This document shows positions 1 to 14,510 of a stretch of DNA of 64,000 nt, piece by piece. The stretch comes from Trichoplax adhaerens (lineage: Eukaryota > Animalia > Placozoa), in NCBI RefSeq assembly GCF_000150275.1, contig NW_002060944.1:251614-315613 (forward strand), written 5' to 3'. Made by a program: the position numbers and the translations under genes. Each line of letters starts with the position of its first letter. Position 1 is the first letter of the stretch. The notes below the pieces were generated by a model, which saw nothing but the letters and a program-made list of their open reading frames with translations, did not search any database and was not told the origin of the DNA.

Positions 1-3000
1 ATTTTGCGATTTATTGTGCTGCGAATACGATCGAAATGTGGCAGAGATTGGACGCACTTTGCATGATATGGCCAGCTCACCAGGTATATCCAATGTAATA
101 AACATGTGATTATAAATATTGAAATGAAGGTGTAAAGTAACAATAATTAAAATACTAATTGCATTCAAGAGGTATTGGCAATAATGTCTTTCCATCGACT
201 TTCTGGAGCTACTGTAAAACTTAAAGTATTTTCGATAGTACACTGCACTCATTTATTGCTATCTTATCATCGTGCCAATACAATACTGGTATTATTATGA
301 GAGATATTAACAAAATACTAATAAATTCACCTATGCATTTGTCTACTTTTTCTTCAATTATAGCATGTTGGAAAGAAGACAGCTATCAAAATTTCTCGCT
401 TGACAGCTGTATCAAACCCCTAGCTGACCTTAATTTAACTTCTTTCAATTCTCCACAATATCATGCACTAAAAATGCAGCATGATTCCAGTGGTGCTCGA
501 CTACCAATTGGATATGTAGCGAACATCAAAGTAGAAGAACTAATTGCAATACAAAATCGGGAAGTCAAGAATCGAATCCAGTCATTGGATTTATTTTATC
601 AAAATCCCTTCATTAAGTTAGGAGTTTTTTTAAGGGCAACTGGTATTCCGGTAACATTAATTATGGTATTGTGGCAGCAAGATTTCATTTTTTCGATGGA
701 TATACTACAATATTTAGCCAAAGTAGGCTTACTAACCTTGTCCAAGAAAAACGAAAGGTAAAAAATCGAATATCCTTTTAGTTCTAAGAATAGGAATGGC
801 CCATGATCGGTCTCATCCCAATATAGCTAGGTCCAATATTTGATCATTCAGTATAAGTACGATTATTTAATTCATACAGCAGCATTGACTAAAATATGAC
901 GTCGATTTATAACATAACAGTAATGAAATTTCTCCCCGTAAATAATCCTATTTTATTGCTAGCCAATGACTGAAATTCAAGCTGTGTATAAATAAGCCCT
1001 GCAAACACTATATGCTGTTATTTGCAACTACAAAAATTTGTTTCACAGAAAATACCTAAAGTAGAAGGGTTAAATTTTTGGATATTTTTTCTAAATTCAT
1101 CCATTTGTTACCGTGATTACTAGCATCTTATGATATTAAAATCATGTTTTACTATATAGTAATAACAGCTGTAATATTTCCAGCAACGCCACCGTTAAAG
1201 TAACTTATTTTCAATCAATTGTCTAGATGATCCCAATAATACCATTCTTAATATGTACCAGTTAAGTTATTTTCTTAGTATATATGCTCTATTTACGATT
1301 AAACTTGAGGTCAACCAGTGAGAAAAGTGATATTAGTAAAATTAGATCCTATTTATAAGCATATATGTCACTTATAGAATGGAAGTTTTCAGTAAAGCTA
1401 TGGAAAAGCAGGCTAGGTTTAGTTTAAATGCGAATGATAATTAATAAATTTGTCCGTAAGGCGGTTTAAAAATATCAATTTTAATCTAAAGGCCCGGCAG
1501 TTTGCATTTCCTGAGTTGAAAATTTTACGTAGCTATCGTGACCATAAAATACCGCTAAACTAGGCAGGATTGGACAGAAGTTAAAGCCATATTTGTTTTG
1601 ACAGTTAAATTTTACTTTCTGAACACGCACCGCAGAATGTTCATTTTTGGGATTATTATACTTCCTGGATAACGAACAGTACAACTTATAATTACTAACT
1701 TGGTTTATAAATTTATGCCATAAAGATAAATGATTAATTCACATGGATATATCTTTATTTTAGGAATTGCTGCAATATCGACGAAGACGCGTTTAAATAC
1801 GTTCAAAATATCCAGTCTTATAAGCCCGATTGTCATTCTTTGCTTTTAGATGAGCTAGAATTACAATGTCATGGAAACTGGCACGAATTGCCAAATGATG
1901 GCTATATCTATCATTATCTTGTAAATCATGAGATAGCAGCAAACAAATTTAAATCAGTAAAATCGCTTATAACTAATTTGCGATGGCTTGATTGTAAAGT
2001 GAATGCTCATCACAATTTATCTGTCATCTTGGAAGATTTTGTAAATATTAGAGACAAAATATCAGCACAGGTAATTATTATATTAAAATTACGTATGCAT
2101 ATTTAAGCATGAAAAAATACCTACGTTCAGGATTCTAATGGTGCAATTCTTATATATTATTCAGGATTGGCAGGAAATAATTCCTTTCTATCAATTCCTT
2201 ATTCGCTATCAAGGGTATTTTGACATAAAATTTAATGACCTTATTCAGTTTATTTTGCAATACCAGCAGCCACATCAATGTTGGTATGCAAAGGCAATCC
2301 AAATCGCAAAAGAAAGAGTCGCAAACAATTCTAAATTTCAATATTATGAAATAGTGTAAGTTTTATTTCGTCCGCAATTTTTTTTGCTCAAAGAAATGCA
2401 AATACTGATTACGATCCGGATGTAGTAGGGCAAATATCTGAATGCTTTTTATATTTCTAATGCAGTTCTTTAGCCAAAATACGTGCAAAATATTGCACGA
2501 GAACAATTACTGCTGATAATATAGAACGTATAATGACTTTTAGTTGTTGTAATCCTAAGTTGGGTCCTTTTAGAATGGTAGTTACAAATATGACTGATAG
2601 ATATACTCAGGTAAGATGCTTCTTAGATACGAGTAAAGAGACATTATGTTTAGAAATGCTGCCTTTGATATTTAAAACTAATATCTTACATCAAGATTGT
2701 TATGAACGTGGAAACTGGGACAAAATTATTTGTCACTTCGAGTGTATGCATAGTAAAAATTTCATCGGATGGCAAAATGATTGCATACGTAAGTAGATCT
2801 TTTGACGACGTTATAATTCAGTAACTACCAATAAAATGTATTAAACTAACGACAATACATTTCTACTTTTTTCATTATCAATAATGCAACTTGTAATTGT
2901 CTTCTATGAATTAATAATACAGTGATAAATTGATATTTACAAGGGTTAAAATCTTCTAAATTTTATGTAAAAGCAAATAGTATAAGTGACAGGATTCAGA

Positions 3001-6000
3001 TTTGAATTTTAGACAGTTAATATTTAATTCCTTTAACTGACGGTCGAAACCCGATTATTTTAAGAACCAAGTTATTTTCGATTCTGCATTAACGTAGGCT
3101 GACAATTTAAAACTCTGGCAAGTCTGGCACATTGATTGCAATACGGGAATGAAATTTATTACGGTAGATGGGATTCGTGATAATCACCAATGTAATGAGA
3201 TGGAATTTCCAGTAAGCAACAATTCACTTATCGCTTCATGGCACAATAATTATATTTCGGTAAGGTGTAATCTAGAACTCCTTCGATTTGCTTCTAAACT
3301 ACAGGATTAACCATTAAGGAGTAAAATAAAAATTAATTACTCTACTTGTAACTACCCCATTATAGTATCAACATTACCATGAATTTTTAGCAGTTAACAG
3401 ACAAAAGCAGTAATTAATGTTCATAGTATCAAAAAATCTGATTTAAATTCAGCTGAGCTCTATTCTCAGTTACCATATTTAATATCCAATACATGTTGTA
3501 TCTAGATCTGGAAGATCGATCAGCATAAACTTTATATTTCAATGACGAAAAAATGGCGTGCTTTAAGTCACTCAACGGTTCAAGTTTGTCAATTTGTTAA
3601 TAATGATAACTCTATTTTGGTATGGGGTCATTATTCTCGAGCATATCAGCCCAACAAATTAGCTTGCTACGCTAATTACGACAATATCAAATCGCAACTC
3701 ACTGGCAATTATTTCAAATGTTCGAAGATTGAATTTTGTGTAAGTGATTAAGATGACTAATTGGGTTACAGGCATTTCAATGTTAGCGATTTATTAAGAT
3801 CATATCTGGAAAGTGGCTGTAACTTGATTTCATTTATACGTTATTATTGACAAAAGTACCCACTAACAGAACTGTAATCGATCTTGATTATCCTTAAATT
3901 TAAGCTTTTAATCAAGTTTAATTACCATTCGTAGCTGCAGGCATCCTAATGTTAGCTGTTTATTGGTGTTACGTCTTGTAAATATTACCGTAACCAATTA
4001 TGTTGATCCTATTCGTTAAATCTTGCATAGGGCTCCATTAATGACTAAGAAATATTCATAGAATAGCAGAAAAAATCTTGAACATACTGTAGAAAGTCAC
4101 AGAATATTGCCTGATACCACCATCTACAGTACTAAGTTAAAATTTCTAAATTCCCTTTTATAGTATTATATGCGCGCAAAATTTGTTATGCATATCAGTA
4201 CATCATATACTCTTCTACATTAAATTTAAAGAAGCTTCAAATATTAATTGAATGTCCAGTATAATGAGATATCTTTACTGTTAGCATGGATTTAATTCGT
4301 GAAATCAAATGAAGTAGAAGCTATTGCTAGTTTCCTAGAAGTAAATCCATCTAAGGCACTCGAGTGATACAGGAAACTATATCTGCAGCGCATCCGCTAA
4401 TTTTATCGTGGATTGATTAATCAAAATTAATTATACATTTTACCATTTTCTTATCCCTGTATTTAACCTATGTGTATTTCTATTTAATAGGTATGGAAAT
4501 TAGGCAAAGAACTAGTTACAGATGAAACAAGACTAACGATACGCTTTAAACATTTAAATCAGTTCAACAAAAGAAGTTTACGTGGATGTTTCCATGTTCT
4601 AAACCATCGCTTTTTTCTACTAGATTGCATCGTAGGAAAAGATTCATCACATCAATTTTATCATAGCTTATATTTAAAAGCAACCAAACATAGTGATATT
4701 GATTTAACAGGAGAAATAGATACGTTATACTATCAAATGCAACCCAGGTTTTTTAATACCATATACCTGTCCCAAGATAGACAATCCATTGCAGAAGTTG
4801 TTGAAGACAGGATACAGGTAGCTAACTAGATCCAAGATATAATGCTAATCGTTCCATATAATAATAGCTTAAAAGATTTATTTCATTAAAATTTTAGATC
4901 TTTACTGTTAATGAAGATCAAATTTTGGCTTACGGTATCATATACTGCCATACTAACCTAAAACATGAATCGAAATATCATCTTACTTTCGTACATAATA
5001 TGGATCAAGTAATGCTAAGTTATGAACAAAGAATTTATATTTTCGACGTCCAGAAAAGAAATACTCATTCAGCATATGATGATGAAGATAAAATTAAAAT
5101 CATTTGTGCAAGTAGTGCCTTCGTTGATGATGCTGCTGTTTTAGTGCAAGTGATTTCCAAGCAGTCTATTTATTTCCTTCAGGTTATTTTGCTACATAAC
5201 GTATTTTAGCTGCTATTGGCTAATATAACAAGTCTTCATTTAGTATAAGCTTCTTCTTCAGCCTTTTTAATATATCATCGTAAAGGATTAACTTACGAAG
5301 AAATCGTTCTAATTTCTATAGACATATGAAGGTGAATCTTTGAAGCTTACCAATCAAGTAACGCTTGATATAAATTCTCATGATCCTGAGAATGTATCTT
5401 GTGAGCTATTAGCAGATTGCAATTCTATCGTTATTATGCATGATTTCCCTGATTGCGAACACAATCAATTTGGTATACGCACTCATAAGTTAGATTTAAT
5501 GAAGAAGCATTTGTCCATTACGGTGAGTTTTCGTATAAATTATGATTAGATAGTACGAAAAGATACGTATAAATTTAGTTCAGTAAAAGACTAACAGTAA
5601 CATTGGATGTAGGTAAAAAATATAAAAGATATAAAAACTACATTCTGGAGCTGTAACTTAGACTTTGAATGTTCTCATTGGGTTCCTTGGCAAACTACTT
5701 GCAGATATAGAAAAGATAATCATCAGTTGATTGTCATAACATCTATAAATCAAAATGTAAGTTAATGCCTCTTTGTTGAGTTACCGAAATTTTAATAATT
5801 GAAGTAAGCTCTTGTTAAATCGCTTGCAATTAACAGTAGTATGTAAGTCTTATCCTTAAATGTCTTTGCTTTAATGTGCAAATATCAACTTAATATAGTA
5901 TACCCTACCAAAAAAATAGACCATAGTTGTTGCATTGAGGAGCATCAAATTGAAATAATATCTATAATTTTAATATTATTTACTGTACGTACAATGTAAA

Positions 6001-7485
6001 TTCTAACTACTTCGCCAAGGTAGCAGTACATCAAATAGCATAATACACTAATATTACGCTTAGAAAAGTCTCCTACATGATGTATGCTTTGTATACAAAT
6101 AGCTCAAAATACGCTCTAGCGATATGGAAGAGTTTAGGTTTCATCGATCTGCAAAAATTATTCGTCATTAAATATCGTACCCGTCGTTGATATTAGTATG
6201 AAATAATTGTTGAATCATGCTAGGCAAAATCTTACTGGCTTCTTTATTCTTTCTTAGGACGTAAGCACTGCGATAAAATTTATCATATGGCTATTTGATT
6301 TCTGTAATGGAGAAATTTTGCATGCTTACCGTCATGAGTCTAGTAGTCACTGTGACGTTCGTTATTTTTCCGACGATTTGGTGCTTTCATATACGCCAGA
6401 CAGTAAAAGCTATATGGTAATTCATCAGAGATTCAGACTAATTCGGATTCTCCTGCGGCCGACATAAACCCTTATTAGTTGATTTACATCATATAAATAT
6501 CATAAGATATTAGATACGATCTAGTTTGGTTATTGATAGCAGACAGAGATTTATAGACCAGCTCATCTAGAAATTGGTTGATTGTTTTGATCTTTCATTG
6601 AGTAAAGAACATTAATCTACTAGAAAATTTGTAATCAAATTTCATTATCTGTTTATTTTAGCTTACTAAAATTGGTAACTTAGAAACGGATCTGTTATAT
6701 TACCCTATGCTATCATATGATATCTCCTGCGTTTCAGCAATTGCAATTTGCAAATTGAATTTCCAGGAGACTAAAACCTCCTGCACCTTTTTTCATTATA
6801 TTGTCTATCAAGAAGATTTCAGAACTTGGCATGTTGATATAGAAAGAAAGGTGCGAGTGTGTTAACAACTTGATATTAGTTTAGAGATACAATTTAGCTA
6901 TACTTTAGACCTAATACATGTGTAAGTAGTAAGTGCTGCACAAGTTTAAATGTTTCTACTGAAATGTATTTAGCAAGAAATAGAAAATGGAATCGATCAG
7001 ATAGAATTTTATCGCATTGAAAATGACGAAAAAGAACTTGTTCAAACTTATCCATATTCTGATCATATATTATTACTTCGCCATGAATCTGATTTATCGG
7101 TATTGATTCTTATCTAACATACTTAGAACAATAATAGGAGCGGAGAGAAAATAATGTAAAAATCTGTGAATTTTATCCCCATTTATAGGTATACGACAAA
7201 AATGGAAATATAATTTTTCAAGTTATGAAAGGAAAATACTGTTTTCCGAAGTCACGAAAAGAGCATGGCAATAAATCGTGGATTAGTCATAAAGAGTATA
7301 TTATTATTGGCAAAAAGAACCAACTTGAACTCTATGATTTCATTCAAGAAAAATACTTACCGGTAATAAAATCCGCACAGATCGGTATCCCTCTTTCAAT
7401 CCAGTTCGGTAATAGCAAAAGAATGATTGTCTACAATGACGCTAAAGTTTTCCTTTACATTACATTATTAAAAGAAACTGAATAA
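1..7485 (+). CDS. Apaf-1/CED-4-like multi-exon gene (5' end outside window): death-fold tail, winged-helix, HD2 and divergent beta-propeller; no P-loop NBD visible
   Basis: Phase-consistent GT-AG exons by eye: <1-83, 364-757, 1764-2070, 2165-2355, 2544-2610, ~3098-3259, ~3507-3739, 4491-4817, 4898-5182, 5322-5523, 5613-5756, 6258-6416, 6662-6851, 6974-7099, 7189-7485. LGVFLRATGIPVTLIMVLW..DILQYLAKVGLL resembles the Apaf-1 winged helix. GYIYHYLVNH..LITNLRWLDCKV..ILEDF..FYQFL resembles Apaf-1 HD2. Later exons are beta-rich, with KLWQV/IWK/VWK WD-like motifs and phase-0 introns. Confidence 0.8.
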
Positions 7486-10037
7486 TTTTTAATAAGGTAT
7501 GTAGTGATTGGAGTTCATAAAAGTATATGAAGGATAAATCACTCAACCAGGGATAATAATTGATGTCCACAAGTTTAATATTCGACCGTTTTTACATTAT
7601 TTTAAATGTTGTTAATACTGTATTAAATCAATTTCAATGAGTGATACACAATATTTGATTATAAGTTATTAAAAAAGAATTGAATTTCTTTGTGACATAG
7701 TGGCTATCCACAAGCCGTTGTGTAATCCTGATGTTTGCTGTTTGATTTAACTTGCTACCTTATAATATTAGCTACGCTCAACAAAAACGCTTCTTGGCTT
7801 GTTATTTTTGAATTGCGTAGAAAATTTTATAAATATTATTATGGTTGAATGCATATTAGTAAAGTATAATTACACCGATTGTTTTTTGTTGTGTTGGTCT
7901 ATATGCGTTTACTGGTTGTTATGAAGATTGCACAAATTTAAATAGGCACGTTTTCAATCCGCCAGTATTATATTCTCACTAAAGCCACTGGTTGAAGCAA
8001 TCGGTCTCATCATAAGATAATAATTGGAGCTATTAAGTAAGCATTTACCTAACGGAAATATCATTACCGGATGGAATTAGTATCGCGAGCGGTATCTATG
8101 GCAATTATTTACATAATATCCGATCATATCGTTTTAGTTCATGATGGTTGTGAAGTAGTCTGCAAGAGCTCTAATCTTAATATCGCTAAGGACTTGATCT
8201 CAAGCACTGCCATTACTATAATTGAAAATATCAAGATTTTTACAGTTTGTTTCTAAAAGTTTATTAGCAAAAGTTATATTTTGCGACATTGCATGCATAT
8301 AGTGTAGAACCTTTGATTAGTGTTTCTGTTCAATTTTCGAGTATACCATATTATTTCTAATTTCTGTTCTACATTGCTAACAAACGTTAGCTGGGCTAAA
8401 CGGTGATAGATTTAATGTTGTTCTTGTAATGCCGGTTATATTATACCAAGCATAATTTAAATCAAACCGTAATATATTAATCCATATCCATCATCCTGTC
8501 CTTTTCCATATTAAATTATTCTGCCATTAAGCAACATGACGTAAAAGGAGTTTGAATACAGCTTAAAGTAATTTTAAGACAATCAGGAGTTAAAATAGTC
8601 GAGTCTTGGGCCACTTATAAGTATACCAATCCATTCAGTGCTAAGTTTTAATTTGCAGCGATACACCCAAACAAAAGTAACTCACACCGTAATTTCTTTT
8701 TCGCTAACGTGTCGTATGAATTAAAATACTAGAAGTCTATAACTGATTCTTGTTTTATTCGTGTACTCCAGCTCACTGATTTACTTCTGTGAAAGGCTTG
8801 ATATCTTTTACGAAGGTAGGAGAAGAAGTTGAAAGAAGGCGTAGGAAAGCAAAATATTAAAATGCATGCAGTACAATAAAAGTAGGGTTTATTACTCAAG
8901 TGTTTAACTATAATATAACGTAAATTAAGTAAAGCTGATTGTTAACCTATTCAATATTATGAAAACAGGAGAAATTCAAAAAAACAAAATGAAGCAATTT
9001 TTTTCAAATGTCGTGTAAATCCAAGTATGACAAGCGAATGTTAATGAGACATGAGCTAAGGTTAATGCAAGAAAGCACTTGAAAGTTAAGCAGAGCGTAA
9101 TAGATTAAAGATAGATAGCGAATTACTGTGTATATTATCAAATTAGCTTAAGCATTTTACGAATCATTGCATTTCTACTTTCTAGATAGTTGAAAGCTGC
9201 TTGCCAGAGCTTCAATATTTAAATGCTGTTGTATTTCGTGGACGGTTAAAGAGGCATCCATGTTGGATAGTTGGGCTATAAAAGTTTTATTTTGATATAT
9301 TTACATACGAATCAAAACATCTCAAACTATGTTAGAACACCTTTCTATTTAAAGGGTGTGATAGTACACGGCTAAAATGAATTTATTGTTCGGCCTAAAG
9401 AAAAACTAATACCAGCATATTCGATAGACTATCAAAATATATTTACTAATGGCTTATATGGCCGTTTATTATTGAATGCAAACCTCATCGAAAGTGTCAG
9501 TAGTTGCTTAACTTTCAAGTCTCAACCATTCGACCATGGCCATATTAATCTATATAATCGAGTTCAAGTTAGCCGCTGCTTCTCCTGCTTGCTTTTACCC
9601 GGCCCCATACTGTATACCATGCTCGCTTTTAGCATAATTCATTCATCAATTATCATAACAATATCGTCCATATTGATTGTAGAATAATAAGGCTCTGCTA
9701 CTTTATATGCCGGTTAAGATTAATGATCATAGCTCTGTATAATACTAGAGTGCCTACTACTACTATAGTGAAATATGGTGATTAGGTCTAGTCAAACGCC
9801 ATAGAGTAGAGCTGCTGTTGGAAGTTGAACAAAACTCGATACAACTGAACTTTTCTTACTCAAAGTTCCACCCTAGCTACTAGGTTTGGCTCGACAACAG
9901 TATATGCTAGCGAATCAAGATTAGATTAATTGATCTTACTGAAGATTAAATCAAAACGTGTAGGAAAGGATACTGCATTAGTAGAATCAAGATTATAGAT
10001 AAGGAGTATCTAGAGTAAGCCATTTTGTTCAGCAGTA

Positions 10038-10430
10038 ATGTCTTCTCGTTTAACGCTATCGTTATTGCCTCATAATTTGGCTGTTTGTCGGTTGCAAGCG
10101 GACAGCAAGATACCTGAGTGGGCTACCATTAGTCATTCCTTTATTTCTATAACAAGAACATCGGATGAACTATCCATTGTCTGCCAAGATGATATTGTAC
10201 CTACGGATGTGCAAGCTGAAAGGCGTTGGAAGATATTTAAAGTAGAAGGGCCTCTCGATTTCTCCCTCACTGGAGTCTTGTTCAAAATTTTACAACCATT
10301 AGCGGACGCTAATGTCAGCATTTTTGCTCTTTCGACCTACGACACCGATTATATTATGGTAAAAGAAGAAAAGTTGGAACAGGCTAAGCAGCTTTTATCC
10401 AACAAGTATCATGTGCAAGTACTTGAATAA
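10038..10430 (+). CDS. Tandem ACT-domain protein (COG3603 / CASTOR-ACT-like, half the size of CASTOR1), intronless
   Basis: Clean 130-aa ATG ORF with family motifs SITRTSDELSIVC, W..FKVEGPLDFSLTGVL..I..PLADANVSIFALSTYDTDYIMVK. Confidence 0.9.
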   Translation: MSSRLTLSLLPHNLAVCRLQADSKIPEWATISHSFISITRTSDELSIVCQDDIVPTDVQAERRWKIFKVEGPLDFSLTGVLFKILQPLADANVSIFALSTYDTDYIMVKEEKLEQAKQLLSNKYHVQVLE

Positions 10431-12713
10431 GTTATTTAGAATCTTGCTCTTGTTATCCATGGATAATTATGGCGATTCTATAGTGAAATTAGCAAAATAT
10501 CGAACCAGGTAACTGCTGTGTAGATACTGGACACTGTCCAGTACAGTAGTACAAAATGTTCAATCGTCCAGGTCTCTTTTCCTATAGCATAGACTACATC
10601 ATACTAAAGTAGACCATCATTAGAATGTGCATTAGAACACTCTTAATTCAAGATGGTAATAGACTAAATTAATATTCTCGGTAATGTTAACGAATGGAGC
10701 ACTTTCTTATTCTATAGTATAAGCAAGTATAGTACTCTACAGTCTACCCAAGTGGACAATCATTAGCATGCACAGTGAATGTATAAAGGTGATCATTGAC
10801 TCTATAATTTTTTGGATAAGGTTAAAAGAATTAGATAGGATAAGCAACAAGCACAATGCTATCCATGCAGTTCCCTTTACAGTATATCAAAATTACAGGT
10901 CAGATCGCTGGCCTGTGTGAGTAATGTCAATCTTACTTTTAAATGTTTTCATAGAAGTGTAATCGGCATACTTTCTATACTGTTAGATGCAAAATTAACT
11001 TAAAAGACCGTTTGGTTTTGTCGATTACCTTTCAATGCTATTATCGAATGATATTCAAGTATAAAGGTCGATTAAGACAGTTTAAATATTGCCATAAATA
11101 TTGAATATACAAGCAAGTTAAAAATTGGATTGATTAATCGTTCGATTATAACTTATTAATAAATATTTTAGGTGCAAAAGATACCAAGCTCGTTAGGCTT
11201 GAGATGTAGAACTGGTCATTGAGTAATCGTACAGTATTTACTACTTTCATATCATAGCACAAATTGGATTGTTAACTTTCATCACCAGATCAAATATATA
11301 ACTGCTGGCTGCTATTTTACAGTTTCCTCTCTATGGTAACTTTAAGGACAGATTGGGATATATATGAGCGAATTTAGATAACAACCGGAAGGTACAACCT
11401 GATCTGATGGGAAAGTTGTTTTACTTTATTGAGAATGATCTTACGTTCGTAAGAAAGCATGGTAATACTGCTAAGTAGACGATTTAAGATTCGTATTGCT
11501 GTACTGGATAAGCTGAAAAATATCTAATAGTGTCTGATCAGGATTCTTATACCCATACTATTGCCGTTATAGTACTACAATAATCTTGCCTATGCCAATC
11601 TCACACAAAAGATTGTAATAGCAAACTATATAATCATTAATCTGTGAAATACAATCGAAAGTAAAACGCTCAAATAATCTCTTTCCCACCGGTAGACAAT
11701 ATTCTTCCAATAAGTTTAGAATGCATTGATGAATAAACAATCATTTCCAAGAATATACAAACGAACAATTTAATATTAGACAACTTTCAAGGCATCGAAT
11801 AATAAAAATGGCTGAATCTATCGTTGCTGTATAAGTAAAAAATTTTCTTTATTGAATTTCGGATAAATTCAGAGCAGTTTGATATGGAAAAAAATATTGC
11901 CGAATTTTTATTAAGAACAATTTCAACATTTGTTGCAAAAGTAACCCATTGTTCTATAGAGTAAGAATGCCAGAAATTTCGCGTATTCATTTTAATGATA
12001 TAGTCGTAGTTTCATGGAAATTTGATAGGATGCCTATTACCTGGTCCACATTGTAACAAGCTAAACCTACCATTTTAAGGTAAACGATATTGTAGCCAGT
12101 ATGTTGCAATATCCAGTGGTATGATGGTCATAAATTGGCAAAAGTTTGAACTAGTCAATGTAGCTAATTTTAATGGAAGAACAATGTGGAAAAATCCATC
12201 ATTTAGCAGCTAGGAATCGAGTAGTACATCCGGTTTACAGGCGTCCTATTTAACTTTCATGAGTCCAAACATAACTCGTAAAATATTTTTGTACATCATT
12301 TTCAAAATTGTAAACATTAAAAACAGACTTTCATCATGACAGCGTGTTGTAATACACAGTGACATGATACCTATATAATCTGGCAAAAGTAAGAATGGTT
12401 CGGTGTAGCCAGTCTTATTGGCATAACGATATCGAAAAAATTATTACTGAGCAGTTAGGGATAGAGTAGTACAGTCGGCTTACAGACGTCCTATCCAACT
12501 TTTAGGGTATCTAAGCATATCTTATAAAAAATTTTATGTTCATTCTAATTATCAATATCGTAAACATTTAAATCAGACTTTTATCATGTCAGTATGATAG
12601 GGTTTGAGGATAAAATAAATCTTTGTCAGGCGTAAACCACATTCTCTTGGCCCAGGGGTTGATCGTCTTGGATAGCTGAATTGCATTTTAATGAACAGGA
12701 ACTCTGCTTAACA

Positions 12714-13820
12714 CTAATGGATATCACGGGGATAATCATTAGGAAAACAGCTAGAAAGAGGATCCCACAAATTATCTAATAATTTATACCATTTCCTAGG
12801 TTGAGTACGATCATTGAGTTTTTTACATAGATTACACCAATGTTGCGGCGGTTTAATAAACCAATGAATCTTCCATTCGAAAAAGGAATTATAAAGTTTA
12901 GGATCCGTTCCAACTCTATTTAAATAATTAGCCAGATCGATGACTGTACTAAATTGACGGATATCAATAAAGGAATTTGGAGGGGCGGTTTTATGATAAT
13001 CGGCGCCACCCCATACCACAGGAATGACATCGTGAGTTAGTGCATTCCATAATTTTTCCGTGGCATAATCGATACAATAAGAATTTTCTAATGCTAAATA
13101 AAAGCGATAATCCCTTAAAATTTTATCCCAACATTCGCGACTACGTGGACATTTGCGATTGCCACATGAACCATAGACATCAATTTCAGTATGAAATGAT
13201 AGCTCATAAACAAAATTTGTCCTATCCTCTAAACATGAGCTTGCCATCCATGCCACAAATCTCTTTTTGCTAGCTAAATAATTGACATTACCCAATGATC
13301 GTGATGGATAATCGCGTACACCATAACTACCATAATAAGCATGAACATCAGAATCTCTCCTATAGGACATGGTCCAATTGAACATTATGATTGATTTAAA
13401 GGGTGAAGTTAACCAATAAGTATTCTTTGGTGATTCAATATTGTAATAAACCCATCGTTGAGAGTTGATTCGATGTTGATAATCCGGCAAATCAAAATTC
13501 ATTAAATGGCCCATTAAGTCACGATCAAAGAAGACAATAGCAGCAGCGTGGCGTTCTAACTTTCTATCCGTAGTTAAGAAGCAGTTTTGAAAAGAACAAT
13601 TACGAAAATATTGATTTCCCATAGGTAAGTTGACTTCTAAATCGTTTTCTACTTTCCAGCTATCACCATAATAAGACGTCCATAAGAGGATGACATTTTG
13701 CTTTTGTGGCCAAGCTTTATCCGAGACTAAATAATGCGTCACAAAGATGATATAGATCAATACCACAAAATTAAAAGTATAAATTAAACGCTGCGATGTT
13801 ATTCTAAGCGAGAAAGCCAT
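12714..13820 (-). CDS. Alpha-1,3/4-fucosyltransferase (GT10 family), intronless type II membrane protein
   Basis: First in-frame ATG at 13820 (MAFSLR..., 368 aa). N-terminal TM segment LIYTFNFVVLIYIIFVTHYLV. GT10 motifs FNWTMSYRRDSD, DVYGSCG and YRFYLALENSYCIDYATEKLWNAL..IPVVWG. Confidence 0.93.
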   Translation of the reverse strand: MAFSLRITSQRLIYTFNFVVLIYIIFVTHYLVSDKAWPQKQNVILLWTSYYGDSWKVENDLEVNLPMGNQYFRNCSFQNCFLTTDRKLERHAAAIVFFDRDLMGHLMNFDLPDYQHRINSQRWVYYNIESPKNTYWLTSPFKSIIMFNWTMSYRRDSDVHAYYGSYGVRDYPSRSLGNVNYLASKKRFVAWMASSCLEDRTNFVYELSFHTEIDVYGSCGNRKCPRSRECWDKILRDYRFYLALENSYCIDYATEKLWNALTHDVIPVVWGGADYHKTAPPNSFIDIRQFSTVIDLANYLNRVGTDPKLYNSFFEWKIHWFIKPPQHWCNLCKKLNDRTQPRKWYKLLDNLWDPLSSCFPNDYPRDIH

Positions 13821-14510
13821 TGCAAAAGAACTTGATCGAGTGTGTGCTCCAGCCAAATCCTCCACCTTTCTCTCCCACAAGTCCGTCAGAATGGAACATG
13901 CCACGGCCAAGGGGTGCCAAATAGATCAAGTCGAAACGGATATTCATGCAATCATCGTAGAATCCTCTCTCAATTTGAACTCGTTTGAGACTGCTGCTTA
14001 AAATGAGTCAATCAACGTACGTAGAATGGTAGATTTGGATCGATATTTCTCTTCCTAGGCAATCAGTATCCACTTCGCCAAAAGAATTGCTGCAAGTCCA
14101 TTAACGTTGCAAATCACTAAGCAATTTGACCAGCAGCCAGCAGCTATGGTTAAGGTTACATTATGTCCAGTGCTCTACTTTCTACAGCAGTGGTTACTAT
14201 GGCGATAGAATCACCTTGGAAGAGAGGATACCATAGTAGTAAACGCCATACCGCATCTCAAAAGGTTCAATTAGTCTTGGTGTAATGTACTAAACACTGA
14301 CTGTGTTTTCGACTCCAATTTAGCAGGAAAGCGTATTACGATTGCGCATGCACGCTAGCGTGCATGATGGACCAGTGTCCATTGTCCAGTGTCTGTCTAC
14401 CAGGCATGGACGACTGGAACATACTGTTCTCACATACTATACTGTTGTCCAATGTCCGTCCATGCTAGTAGGTTACTGTGTCACAGAACCAGAAAACTTG
14501 CTCATGTATA

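Noticed and set aside
11787-12130. Possible UDP-glycosyltransferase C-terminal remnant on the minus strand (PLDIATYWLQY)
   Set aside because: A single short motif with stops nearby; too weak to call.
13040-13273. Short antisense or overlapping ORFs (also 10133, 42823, 43689, 43741)
   Set aside because: Shadow frames of real genes with no recognisable motifs.
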